From the NCBI RefSeq assembly GCF_006345805.1, contig NC_043017.1, positions 3,410,001-3,474,000 on the forward strand: 64,000 bases of DNA, in the 5' to 3' direction. Source of the DNA: Octopus sinensis. Taxonomy: Eukaryota. The position numbers and the translations under genes were made by a program. The notes under the pieces were generated by a model, which was given only the letters and a program-made list of their open reading frames with translations, had not been told where the DNA came from and searched no databases. Positions within the stretch are counted from its first letter, which is position 1; each line of letters opens with the position of its first letter. Of this stretch, positions 37,451-49,914 are shown piece after piece.

Positions 37451-38015
37451 TGGTCACCTTATACTACTAGGGCGATAGCAGAACTTGAAGCAGTCCAACA
37501 ACATTACAGAAAATTGCATCAATGGAATCACTGAGCTACTGGGACAGATTGACAGAGCTACAACTCTGTTCCCTGGAATGAAGGCGGAAGAGGTATACAG
37601 TGATATATATGGAAGATACTGAAAGGACTGGTACCAAACTTCGGAATAAAGAACTATACCAGACCACGAACAGAACATCACTCTGCTGTCCCCACTGTGC
37701 CGACTGTTTCATCTCGGGCAAGGACGATGTACAGCAATAGTTTGGGTTTCAAGTGCCCACAGCTGTTTAACTGTCTGCCGAAGCATCTGAGGAGTTTCCA
37801 TGGAGTGGAGATTTTCAAATGTGAACTTGACCTCTGGCTCGCCGAGATCCTGGATGAGCCAATATCTAAGCAAGAAACTCAAAAGTGGGCAGTAACATCG
37901 AACTCCATCCTTCACCAAAAGCCGCTCTGACAAAAGTGGAAAGTGGAAAGATGATCACAATGGCAGTGCTCCAGCATGGCCACAGTCATTGGACTGAAAC
38001 ATATAAGAGAAATAA
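37451..38015 (+). mobile_element. CR1-type LINE 3' fragment (RT C-terminus plus 3' UTR)
   Basis: WSPYTTRAIAELEAVQ, YWDRLTEL, YIWKIL and PQLFNCLPKHLR motifs; the UTR ends GTGCTCCAGCATGGCCACAGTC..GACTGAAAC. Confidence 0.88.
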
Positions 38016-38339
38016 AAGAATATTACATATATGGAAACTGTGTGGAGGTTTGATTGTGTGTGTGTGTGTGGGTGGGTGTTTGTATGTGGGTGTTTGTGTT
38101 TGTCTTTGTGTCTATGTTTGTCACCCAGCCAATTACCTTGTAACTTAGCAGTTCAGCAAAAGTAACTGATAAAGTAAGAACCAGATTTCGAAAAAAGAAA
38201 CCCAGAAGTAATGGGGTCGATTTGTTTGACTAAAACCTGTCAAAGTGGTGCCCCAGCGTGACCACGCTCCAGTGATTGAAACTAGTAAAATTAAAAAAAA
38301 AGAAGAAAAAAAACCTTTTCTCTTCCATGACATCATACT

Positions 38340-38620
38340 GTCACTTCAGGGCCTTGGAAGATATTCAAGAAGGGTGGTCACATTCTCTTCTTGACTACAA
38401 AGTTGAAATATGATGGAATGTATGAATATAATTAAGAGGGGAAGAGGTGGAAGAGAACATTCGTGTTTGTGTTCGTTAACCAATTATACTTGGTGGCTTG
38501 GAGAAGACAACGAAGAAAATATGGAAATGAAAGATTAAAGGAAATGGTTCCGCATGAACCAATATCAAAACCGAATATTGATTATGGAACTGACAGAATT
38601 GGACATATTACTGAGTGATG
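38340..38620 (+). mobile_element. Degenerate piggyBac (PGBD-like) transposase C-terminal relic
   Basis: LLDYKVEI...RWKRTFVFVFVN...RKYGNERL...DRIGH loosely resembles the piggyBac C-terminal region. Confidence 0.35.
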
Positions 38621-38936
38621 TTAATGCTGCTTATTCCCATGTCATGCTTGACTGAACAGACCTATGATCAAAGGTGTTTCGGCCATGATCATGGTGTTTC
38701 TTTTTTTTGTTTTTGTTTTTGTTTTTGTTTTTAATTAGACACGGTATATCTTGTCATGGTATATGACTGAAAGAAAGAAAGGAAAGGAAGTACAGTACTG
38801 TTTCTACTTTGTGGATTTTCACCTATCCCGAGGAGGGGTGGGGTTTGGAATGCAGCACCCACGGTAGTCGAAGGATTACTGTACACATTTTACAAGTCAT
38901 TAATATGTACGTACCAGCTGTCGCGAATATGTTTAA

Positions 38937-39322
38937 CTAGCAGTATCGCCCGGCGTTGCTCGGGTTTGTAAGGGAAATAACTATAAAGCATTTTTAGAGA
39001 GTTATAGCCAAAAAATAGCAAAAAAATGGAAAAAAAATGATGGTAAATTTTTTTTTGAGAGTTAAAAAAGGTGGAGTTGCGTACCCTAGACGGTCTGTGG
39101 TTTGGGTTTCTGATTCTCGACCCCATGTCGAATTTATCGATATTTTTCAGAACTGGGGGAACTTTTCAAAATTTTCGCTGCGTTAGTTTTGAATTATGAC
39201 ATTGGGCTATGTGTGTGTCAAGTTTCATCAGAATCGGTTGAAAGCCGTGGTCAGGGTGAGGGTACAAGCAAACAGACAGACAGAAACACGCACAGACAAA
39301 CTGCCGTTTATATAGAGAGAGA
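38937..39322 (-). mobile_element. Non-autonomous Helitron-like element
   Basis: A|TCTCTCTCTATATAAA...CCCGAGCAACGCCGGGCGATACTGCTAG|T. Confidence 0.88.
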
Positions 39323-39448
39323 TATGTAAAATTGGTATGTCTAATAGTGTTACACTGCTATATTTAGTGGCTTTAAATAGCAAGGAGTTCATGGATGGTT
39401 AATGGTTTGGATGTGGTGTATAGATCTCCTGAAATATGGCATATATAC

Positions 39449-39951
39449 CTAGCAGTTGAGGGAACCCGTGGAAGAGGTAGACCCAGGAAAACCTGGGACG
39501 AGGTGGTGAAGCACGACCTTCGAACTTTAGGCTTCACTGAGGAAATGACCAGCGACCGAGACCTTTGGAAATATGCTGTGCGTGAGAAGACCAGGCAGGA
39601 CAAGTGAGCCCAGCCCACTTATGCATGCCTTTCCTCCCTTGGACACAAAGACCTGTTGAGGCAAGCGAAGTCGATATCGAACCTCATCCGACGACAGGCA
39701 CCCATGCCAACCCCCTTTGCTTGCGAAGACATGTTGGGGCAAGTGAAATCGACTGGCTTCCGTGCCGGTGGCATGTAAAATGCACTCACTACACTCACGG
39801 AGTGATTGGCGTTAGGAAGGGCATCCAGTTGTAGAAACATTGCCAGATAAGACTGGAGCCTGATGCAGCCTTCTGGCTTCCCAGACCCCAGTTGAACTGT
39901 CCAACCCATGCTAGCAGGGAAAATGGACGTTAAACAATGATGATGATGATA
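39449..39951 (+). mobile_element. RTE LINE 3' end: ORF2 C-terminus plus complete 3' UTR with (GAT)n tail
   Basis: VEGTRGRGRPRKTWDEVVKHDL...DRDLWKYAV is a typical RTE C-terminus. Confidence 0.92.
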
Positions 39952-41237
39952 TCTATTACCCATTTTTCCTTCTTTAGTCTCACTGTTATTTATATTAGCC
40001 ATATTTGGATATGAAACATCATAACGACTCAGGACTGGTGATAACTGGTCATAATTCTTTATCTCATAACTCAATAACTTTGTTCTGGCTTAGCTGCAAG
40101 TTGTTAGTTCCAATTAAGTATTAAACACAAGACCCTTCACCTAATTACAAATTCACTAAAGTAAACTTCTGTCAAGTAGTAACTTGGATGGGAATGGTGA
40201 GTGGCAGGAATCACACTAAGTACCGGTACTTGATATTGCTTTGCCCTCTTCCTCTCTCTCTCTTTCTCAAGTACTTTAATGCTTTCAAAGATCTATTGGA
40301 TCTATGTGGTTGCTTGGCCTACTAGACACAACAACTAAATCTCTCCCATCTTAACCAAGAAAATTGCAGCAAAGCTGTGTGATACTGCTGTCAGGCATTG
40401 CATGCAGCCCATCATATAACTTGTTTGACATTGTGTTTTTATTCTTCACTTTTTAAGAATTCAATGTGTATATGCGCATTACATGTTTGTTCTTCTTTTT
40501 CCAGTTCCTCCTCAAAACTTTTTACAGATCCCAGCCATCTCATGAACTGCGTTCGTGAGGTGCGCTTCATGCTCTGATGGTTGCGGGAAAAAGGGAAGGA
40601 CATACAAGATTGGTAGCACCCAGCACTGCCACTATAAATCACCGATATAATCATAATTTCACTGCTACCATCAATCACTTCAATATTTATGAAGGAGTTT
40701 CTCCTTAGTTTCCCTACTGGCTACTAGAAATAGCTGCCAGATCTCTCTCAAATTAGACATGCATTGCCAGCATCGGTAGAGCATCACAAAGAACACCTTG
40801 CTGTGTCTTTTTGCTTAGGTTGGTGAGTTAAGTCTTGCCAAAGCCAACTTTACCCTTTGTTCTTCCACTCTTATTGATGCAATTAACTGTTCTTTCCTCT
40901 CTCTTTCTCTCTCTCTCTCCAAAATAAATAAATAAAAATAAAAATAAATCTGAACGTGGCCGTTGCCAGCGCAGCCTCGACTGGCTTCTGTGCCGGTGAC
41001 ACGTAAAAAGCACCAACTGATCATGGCCCTGACCAGCCTCGCCTGGCACCTGTGCTGGTGGCACCCACTACACTCACAGAGTGGTTGGCGTTAGGAAGGG
41101 TATCCAGCTGTAGAAACACTGCCAGATCTGACTGGAGCCTGGTGCAGCCTCCTGGCTTCCCAGACCCCAGTTGAACCGTCCAACCCATGCTAGCATGGAA
41201 AGCGGACGTTAAACGATGATGATGATGATGAAAGCAC

Positions 41238-42462
41238 TCTTTTACTTGTTTCAGTCATTTGACTGTGGCCATGCTGGAGCACCGCCTTTAGTCAAGCAAA
41301 TTGACCCCAGGACTTATTCTTTGTAAGCCCAGTACTTATTCTATGGGTCTCTTTGTTGAACTGCTAAGTTACAGGGACGTAAACACACCACCATCGGCTG
41401 TCAAGCGATGTTTGGGGGATAAACACAGACACACAAACATATACACACACACATACATATATATATGTTAGCCTTGATATTAACTCTCACGCGACTCTGC
41501 ATCTTTCTTTCTTTCTCTCCCATTCCCTTTTTCGTCCTTTTTCCCTCACTTAACTTGTCTCTTCCTCTCTCTCTCATTCTTCATTCTCTCTCTCCCCCTC
41601 ATCATTCTTCATGGTCTCCTCGCACCATTCCCCTTCTTCTCTCTCTTCCTCTTGCTCCTCCTCCCCCATTCCCGTCGTAACTGCTATCCTGTCTTTTCTC
41701 GCCCGCCTTCTAAGGCCACTGGTCGACATTCTTTCTCTCTCGTCGTCCACTATAATCCAGCGTTTGCATTACTTTTTTCGTCTGGCGTAAACAGCCCTTC
41801 TTATCTTGTTCTCCTTGTCCTGTCTCTCACTGTTATATATTTATTTTTCAACTGTTTATATATAATTTTTTTTTATTTTACTGTTTATATGTTTGTACTG
41901 TCGTTACCGTCTTGCTTTTTTTTACCATTTTTTACCCCTCTGCGAAAAGATCTCAGAATTTTAATTGATTTGCTTTTCGCAGGAAGGAAGTTTCTTCGAA
42001 GTATACGTCTCGCTTTTATCCTTCGAAACGTAGAGTAGATGAAACCTTAGCGACTGAAGAAGGGGATTTTTTGTTGTGCTTATTGTCCTGTATCTCTTTT
42101 TTTCTTTTTTACTTGTCCTGTTCCTTGGTTTGTGTCTATGTTTTTCGTCTCTCTATGTGTTCGACGTCTTTTTGGTGTCCTGTACACATATATATGCGTG
42201 TATATGTACATGTAGAGGTAGGTACGTACATATATGTTTATATATATGCATATGTTCTATTTTATTAACATATATATATATATATATATACATATATACG
42301 ATGGGCTTCTTTCAGTTTCTGTCTACCAAATCCACTCACAAGGCTTTGGTCGGCCTGAGGCTGTAGTAGAAGACACTTGCCCAAGGTGCCATGCAGTGGG
42401 ACTGAACCCGGAACCATGTGGTTGGTAAGCAAGCTACTTACCACACAGCCACTCCTATGCCT
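41238..42462 (-). mobile_element. SINE A split by an approximately 0.8 kb pyrimidine-rich insertion in its central TA tract
   Basis: Tail half at 41238-41465 and head half at 42298-42462, both on the minus strand. Confidence 0.75.
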
Positions 42463-42912
42463 ATAAGACATTTTTTTTTTATGGGTCTAATCAGAGGAGA
42501 AAGGTTAGCATCTATGGTTAATTTTGCAGGGTTTCTGTGACTGGTGGAAGAAAGGGCAGTATAAAATATCCACCTGGTCCTGGTGTCCTTTAGCGGAGTC
42601 CACTTCATTGTCAGCATTTGAGCCAGCTCCCCTGTCTGAGTACAGTTTGATATTTTGGTCTACTTCTTGCTATTGCAGCAACGACCTATAAATCCACCCC
42701 GCCCCACCTCCACCACCACATTAGTATCGGAGGTTCTTGGGAAAAGGTTACTGCTCTTCTTCTTCCTAACAAACCATACAGATTTTTTTTTTCACCTGTT
42801 TGTTTCTTTATTTCTTTCTTCCTCTCCCCCTCTCTCTTTCTCTCTCTCTGATGAGTGTTTTCTTTAATGCTAGATTCTCGGCATTGACCATGTTTCTTTT
42901 CTTCTGTTTCAG

Positions 42913-42985
42913 TTGCCATGGCATCTGGAGTGGTAACGTGTGTCACCTTGACAGCAGCATGCCTAGCTGCTGGTATAGCACAACT
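42913..42985 (+). CDS. CACFD1: Flower coding exon 2
   Basis: TTCTGTTTCAG| (V)AMASGVVTCVTLTAACLAAGIAQ |GTAAGT; phase 1 to 2. Confidence 0.93.
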
Positions 42986-43234
42986 GTAAGTATTCCCTCC
43001 TCGTTCGATGGTGCTCTCTAAATCCATCTCTCTCAAGTAATCCATGTTTAAATTACGCAATAAGCTTCGTTACTGGCAAAGCACAGGTGTAAATATTGTA
43101 TTTTCCAGTACACAAATCAAATTTTTCAGATCTAAATTTACAGCCAAAACAAAAGATGACCATGGAGGCCTAAGAATTCCATGTGAAATGCAGCAGGATT
43201 TGGAATAATTGTGACAATTTTTGAATATTTACAC

Positions 43235-43834
43235 CAGTGGTTCCGTGGAACCTTAGGGTTCCGCCAGTACAGTCCAGGGGTTCCGCAAGAAATTACAAAA
43301 CTGCTAAAATCGGCAGTAATTTTTAATTCTCCTGTGCAGATATATTCTTTTACTCTTTTACTTGTTTCAGTCATTTGACTGCGGCCATGCTGGAGCACCG
43401 CCTTTAATCGAGCAACTCGACCCCACGACTTATTCTTTGTAAGCCCAGTACTTATTCTATCGGTCTCTTTGCTGAACCGCTAAGTGACGGGGACGTAAAC
43501 ACAGCAGCATCAGTTGTCAAGCGATGCTAGGGGGACAAACACACACACATACACATATATATACATATATACGACAGGCTTCTTTCAGTTTCCGTCTACC
43601 AAATCCACTCACAAGGTATTGGTCGGCCCAGGGTTATAGCAGAAGACACTTGCCCAAGATGCCACGCAGTGGGACTGAACCCAGAACCATGTGGTTGGTT
43701 AGCAAGCTACTTACCACATAGCCACTCCTGCGCCTATGTGTGCATAAGACTATTAAATTATTGCACAGGGGTTCCCCGAGCCAGTGGAATGTTTCCTTGG
43801 GGTTCCGCTCCAGCAAAAAGTTTGAAAAGCACTG
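43235..43834. mobile_element. hAT MITE (family of 24982-25186) with a nested SINE A at 43346-43735
   Basis: 8-bp TSD ATTTACAC; the interior is the reverse complement of 24982-25186. Confidence 0.9.
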
Positions 43835-44509
43835 ATTTACACTATATACTATGTTGACTTGTATGCGGGAAAATATGGTATATTCTCCTCAAGTCTATGT
43901 TTTGGAAATCTAGGTTCAAATCACACTAGTTACTGGTACACCTTCTAGATCAGTGGTTGTCATCTGTGGCTCAAAGGGCTGCATAGAGCCATGAAATTTG
44001 CTTCCAGCAGCCCTTGATGGTCATCCTTCTATAAGTATAATAAATTTTTCTTTGGACATGTTTTACATTTTTTGGTGCACCCATCCCCACTCCCTACCTA
44101 TCTCGGTTTTGGATTTGGGTTCCTGAGCCAAAATCAATCCCATGACTGTGAGGCCACTGCTCTAACCATTAGGCCATGTGCCTCCACATATATATATATA
44201 TTTATGTGTTGGTGTTTGCTTTGTGTTTGTTTCCTCACCATCGCTTGACAACTGATGTTGGTATGTTTACATCCACATAACTTAGCTGTTCGGCAAAAAG
44301 AGATCGATAGAATAAGTACTAGGCTTATAAAGAATAAGTCCTGGGGTTGATTTCTTCAACTAAAACACCCTTTAAGGCTGTGCTCCAGCCTGGCCACGAT
44401 CAGATGACTGAAACCAGTAAAAGAATAAAAGAATATCTCTCCTACCTGTCACACATTACCTGAAAAATAATCAGGGGGTCTTTCTTCATTTGACTAGACA
44501 AAAAAAAAT

Positions 44510-44927
44510 AGGTGCAGGAGTGGCTGTGTGGTAAGTAGCTTGCTAACCAACCACATGGTTCCGGGTTCAGTCCCACTGCGTGGCATCTTGGGCAAGTGTC
44601 TTCTGCTATAGCCCCGGGCTGACCAATGCCTTGTGAGTGGATTTGGTAGACGGAAACTGAAAGAAGCCTGTCGTGTATATGTATATATATATATATATGT
44701 GTATGTGTGTGAGTGTTTGTGTATGTGTGTTTGTCCCCCTAGCATTGCTTGACAACCGATGCTGGTGTATTTACGTCCCTGTCACTTAGCGGTTCGGCAA
44801 AAAGAGACCGATAGAATAAGTACTGGGCTTACAAAGAATGAGTCCCGGGGTCGATTTGCTCGACTAAAGGTGGTGCTCCAGCATGGCCGCAGTCAAATAA
44901 CTGAAACATGTAAAAGAGTAAAGAGTA
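44510..44927 (+). mobile_element. Full-length SINE family A
   Basis: Head, microsatellite and tail; inverted relative to 43346-43735. Confidence 0.92.
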
Positions 44928-45014
44928 ATAATAATTTAAATCAAATAGTTCAACTTGTTTGTGCAATTTCTAATTTCTATTCTCACCCCATTCTTCATTT
45001 TCTTTGTTCTGCAG

Positions 45015-45140
45015 ATGTGTTGGATTTGTAACAGTTGTCTTTGAAGGACCCTGCTGCTGCCCTTTTCTGGATTTTATTACTCAAATTGGCAAATTTTCTG
45101 ATAACAGACCACACTGGCAAAAAGCAATGTTCTACACACT
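45015..45140 (+). CDS. CACFD1: Flower coding exon 3 (126 nt, phase 2-2)
   Basis: CVGFVTVVFEGPCCCPFLDF...PHWQKAMFYT ~ human LLLCEAPFCCQFIEF...RSWQKAVFYC; canonical splice sites. Confidence 0.95.
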
Positions 45141-47378
45141 GTAAGTATAAATACTGGTTTTTAAACTTTCGCTCAAAGCCAGCAATTTCTGGTGACAGGT
45201 TTAGACAATTACTTTGGCCCCAGTGCTTAACTGGTACCTATATTATTGACCCCCCGAAAGGATGTATGGCTAAGTTTACCTCAATGGAATTTGAACTGAA
45301 AATGTAAAGGTCGACGAAATGCTGCTAAGTATTTTGCCCTGTGTGTTAATGAGTCTGCCAGCTTGCTGCCTTAAAATGGGAGAAGCTAAAGGGTCTGTGT
45401 TGCAAATCAAACTGCTATAGGGTTTAGGAGGGGCTTTTATATAGGCACGTGAAAAAATATTCGTGCGAGGTCATTGTCAGTGCCGCTGGATTGGCTCTTG
45501 TGCAGGTGGCACATAAAAAGCACCATTTGAGCATGGCCATTGCCAGTACTGCCTGACTGGCCCTTGTGCCAGTGGCACATAAAAGCACCCACTACACTCT
45601 TGGAGTGGTTGGCATTAGGAAGGGCATCCACCTGTAGAAACTCTGCCAGATCAAGATTGGAGCCTGGAGCAGCCATCTGGTTCGCCAGACCTCAGTCAAA
45701 TTGTCCAACCCATGCTAGCATGGAGAACGTACGTTAAACGATGATGATGATTCAACGAGATGACATTGTCTCTATTCAGCATAACTAGTAAAAGGCACCT
45801 GTGCTGGTGAAACGTAAAAGGGCACCTGGTACACTTTGTGGAGTGTTTGGGTTTTATCAAGGGCATTCAACCATAGAACCCAAGCCAAATCAGACTCAAG
45901 CCCAGTGGCAGCTCTCTGGCTTACCTGCTCCCAGTAGCTATCACTATGATTTTATGAAAATATTTACATGTAATTTCTACTCTACTTTTTCTGGGAGAGC
46001 ATCCAAAAAGAAACCTTTTGATATCTCATTTGTGAAATTTGGATGAATATTTTGGGAAATATGATAATGGTCAGTGAAGTGGTTGAAATTTTGCTTAATT
46101 TGTCTAAATGAATAAGTAGCTATATTTGTGATGTGATATATTTGATACTGAGATGATAATTATCTTCAAATTACACAAATTAATAGTGACCATGGTATAG
46201 TAGTTGTCTATGTTTTTTTTCAGGTTCTTGGAAAGAAATCTTCTTTTTGGCAGTTTTTTTAAATATTTATGTAAAGCCTATTTTGTTGCAGTTGATTTAT
46301 GTAAAGCCTATTTTTATTATGGTCGATTTTGCAGTATTTTCAGACCTAGCTAAATGGAAAACTACAGGCCGCAGAAACTTGAGTTTTGCACATTTGTAAT
46401 AGCTATTGGCGGTAAATAAACCGTGAGATTTTGGAACATGACACCATTTCAATAGAATTTTGATGGATTATTGAAAATGGCTATAAATGGTGGAGCTTCA
46501 GGTCAGGACGCCCGCCTAAGTTGGATTTTCACTGTTTTGGCGAGAATTTTTCCAGTTATTTTTTTTTCATCACGGTCTTGGAAATGGTGGGGGCAAGCTT
46601 TTTATGAAAAAAATTTGGAAAATTTATGATACATGAAAAGCTATAAGTTCCCAAGCTGAAGTCGGCAATGGAGGACAGGGGCTATTAGAGGAATATCTGT
46701 GCAGATTGAGGAAACTCGATCTGGAAGAACATCTAATAAGGGAGATGTGGCTGTTATCTCCAGCAAGTTGAGCTATTTTTTTCTGCTCTTGGCACAAGGC
46801 TGGAAATTTTGCGGGAGGGGGCCAGTCGATAAGATCAACTCCAGTATGCAACTGGTAATTAATTTATCGTCCCCGAAAGGATGAAAGGCAAAGTAGACCC
46901 TGGCAGAATTTGAACTCAGAATGCAAAGACAGTCAAAATGCCGCTAAGCATTTTGCCCGGCATGCTAGCTTGCCACCTTCAGCTCATGATTTTGTTGTTT
47001 AATCTCAAGATACCCTAACTAAGGTGACCTTTTATCAAAGACCTTCCAGTTATGACTATCCTGTCATATTTTTGACATCTAGGACTCTGTTGCTGAATGA
47101 AGAATTGGCTGCTCTTTCTAGTGTTTCAAGCCAGGACATAGGAGTACCCTTGTTTGCTCAAAGCAATGGTGTTATTTAGTCCTCAGCTGTATTTGTGACC
47201 TTCTAGATATGACCATCTCATCTTTCTGTGTATCTAGATTTATCTTACACAATGTGTCTCTTTTTTTAAGACGACAGAGTATGATTTGAAGATTTGGCTG
47301 CTGTTTCTAGCACAGATCTTCCCTCATAGGTGTGACTGACCTTTTAGAGCTGAACAACTTTGAAGATCAAAATATATA

Positions 47379-47595
47379 TGAGGGGTTGCTGAAAAGTTCC
47401 TTGTTTTGGTAAAAGAAAATACAGGAGGATCAGTTAATTATTGATTTTATTCAGCATATTCCCCTCTCAGGTTCACACACTTATTGCAGTGGTCCTTCAG
47501 TTTTTCTAAGCCCCTTAAAAGAACTCAGAAGGTTGGACCTACAACCAGGCCTTTCACGATACCCTTAAATTCAAGAACTTTTCAGTAACCCATCA
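47379..47595. mobile_element. Mariner-type MITE
   Basis: TA|TGAGGGGTTGCTGAAAAGTTC...GAACTTTTCAGTAACCCATCA. Confidence 0.7.
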
Positions 47596-47663
47596 ACCAA
47601 AGTGATGAATTTGTTGAAACACAATTTTCAAGCAGTTAACATTCTCCCTTTTTATTTTTGCAG

Positions 47664-47771
47664 GAGTTCCTTGATCCCTATTGTGATGTGTTTCTCCCTA
47701 AGTACAGTATTTGGCTGTTGTCTGGTGTTCGCGACTGGTGTATTGTATGGGATCATGGCATTGGGGAAAAA
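47664..47771 (+). CDS. CACFD1: Flower coding exon 4 (108 nt, phase 2-2)
   Basis: SSLIPIVMCFSLSTVFGCCLVFATGVLYGIMALGK ~ the Flower signature FATGVLYGLSALGKK. Confidence 0.96.
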
Positions 47772-47997
47772 GTAAGTAACTCAGAAAAACCAATTTGAAT
47801 TTTTGAGGGGAACTCTGAATATTACTATGCTGCAGATCAGGGAACCTCAACCATTTTTCTGTCTATGGATGTCCTTGGTTACTATTTTATTCTGGTGGAC
47901 CCTTCATAGTCATTTCAATGTTTAGAACTAGTTTTATAGAAACTTCTTTCAAAATTCCCATTTTGTTTTTCACACATTAACTTGTGTGGGTTGACCT

Positions 47998-48384
47998 GTG
48001 TTGGAAGCACTCCGTCGGTTACGACGATGAGGGTTCCGGTTGATCCGAATCAACGGAACAGCCTGCTCGTGAAATTAACGTGTAAGTGGCCGAGCACTCC
48101 ACAGATACGTGTACCCTTAACGTAGTTCTCGGGGATATTCAGCGTGACACAGAGAATGACAAGGCCGGCCCTTTGAAGTACAGGTACAACAGAAACAGGA
48201 AGTAAGAGTGAGAGAAAGTTGTGGTGAAAGAGTACAGCAGGGATCACCACCATCCCCTGTCGGAGCCTCGTGGAGCTTTAGGTGTTTTCGCTCAATAAAC
48301 ACTCACAACGCCCGGTCTGGGAATCGAAACCGCGATCCTATGACCGCGAGTCCGCTGCCCTAACCACTGGGCCATTGCGCCTCC
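47998..48384 (-). mobile_element. SINE family C (tRNA head), full length, nested in an older hAT-like MITE
   Basis: GGAGGCGCAATGGCCCAGTGGTTAGG...GGTTTCGATTCC A/B-box head; the flanks at 47837-47997 and 48385-48583 are halves of a ...GTTGAGAACCACTG element. Confidence 0.85.
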
Positions 48385-49265
48385 TCATTGAACTGTGTAA
48401 AATGTTAAAGAAAGAAACTTGGCTGTTTCTTGCAATACATAACCAATACATCTAAGACAAAATTTTTTCAGGGGCCCTTAAAATATTATTGTTGATCCCT
48501 AATTTGCTATTTTGTTACATGGACCCACCAAAATCTTATAATGACCCTCAGGGATGATATGGACCCCAGTTGAGAACCACTGCTGTAGATATACAACAGC
48601 ATATGACAATTTATAGTTTATATGTGTGTGTGTGTATATACGCAACAGGCTTCCTTCAGTTTCCGTCCACCAAATCCACTCAAGGCTTTTGTTGGCCCGA
48701 GGCTATTGTAGAAGACACTTCCCCAAGGTGGGACTGAACCCAGAATCATGTGGTTGGTAAGCAAGCTACTTACCACACAGCCACTCCTGCACCTATTTAC
48801 TATTATTACATGAATCCCTTTGATTACCATTTCATTCTGGTAGAGCCCCATAGCCATTCGGTGTGTGTGTATGTATGACACACATACATACACACACACA
48901 CACACACACATGGTCGGCCTGAGGCTATAGTAGAAGACACTTGCCCAAGGTGCCACGCAGTGGGACTGAACCCAGAACCATGTGGTCAGGAAGCGCTTCT
49001 TACCACACAGCCACGCCGGCACCTGTAACGTAGTAAGATTTCTGTGCAGTATGTGACTTAATGTAGTGGGGTTTGTGTTGGGGTTGCTGCAGTTGTATAG
49101 CCCTGGGTCAGCCTTGATTGGGTAAACATGATCAGATCAGATCAGATCAGATCAGTTTCAGCCATGTCAGTTCCATCTTCTCCTTTCAGTTCTTCTGTTG
49201 GTCGGAGGTTGAATTGTGTAGTCGCAACCTTTGAAAATTTTTTTGTTTCTTCTTTTCTGTTTCAG

Positions 49266-49386
49266 AGCTGACCGGACTGAGATGATTCAGAAAGCTCGAC
49301 AGGACGTAGAAATGACCGACACTTTAATTGACCACATAGAAAAGAATCCAGAGATAGTCAATTCACTTCAGACTCTACCAAAATAG
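49266..49386 (+). CDS. CACFD1: Flower coding exon 5 (terminal); assembled CDS is 552 nt, 183 aa
   Basis: TTTCTGTTTCAG| ADRTEMIQKARQDVEM...TLPK*; all five exon phases are consistent. Confidence 0.9.
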
Positions 49387-49788
49387 AAAATTCTTCAGCT
49401 CAACATCTGCAACCGATGGACCCCAAACCCTTCCCCCACCTCCACCCCCAGTCCCCACACCCGCCTCTGACTTTGACCCCGTTCCTGACCCTGTTCTTGA
49501 CCTCATATTCACCTCCACCACCAATCCACTTCAAATACCATGGTGGTCCTACAGAAGGATTTGCCACCAAATTCCTTCCTTAATGCCAACGGGGGGGGGG
49601 TCGTCATATGGAGGGCCGGGCTAAATGCAAAACACAACTTGTCCAGATGCCCCCCCCCCTCTCAGTCTCTTAGTGTAGTATCGGATTTTATCAGCTACAG
49701 AAAAATCTACAACACACAACAACAACAACAATATAAAAACAAAATTACAAAAGTGATAGATTTGTGATGAAAACTGATATATATATGT

Positions 49789-49829
<41 letters not shown>

Positions 49830-49876
49830 TATATACATACACATTGTTACATATATACATGTGTGTGTGTACACAT

Positions 49877-49914
<38 letters not shown>

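Noticed and set aside
40439-40678. Minus-strand ORF (RTQFMRWLGSVKSFEEEL) and plus-strand cryptic exons 40505-40554 and 40528-40554
   Set aside because: Flower exon 1 joins exon 2 in phase and aligns to homologues without them. The 27-nt version would insert into TM1 and the 50-nt version would introduce a stop. No independent support.
42015-42066. Possible type II hammerhead (CGAAAC...CTGAAGA)
   Set aside because: Stem II overlaps the core and the closing pair of stem I fails.
42686-43060. 124-aa minus-strand ORF
   Set aside because: It is the antisense shadow of Flower exon 2 plus simple repeats.
47770-47775. Stop right after ALGKK if intron 4 is retained, as a special Lose isoform
   Set aside because: Any phase-2 GTAA donor gives NNG TAA, and introns 2 and 3 do too, so it is uninformative without RNA data.
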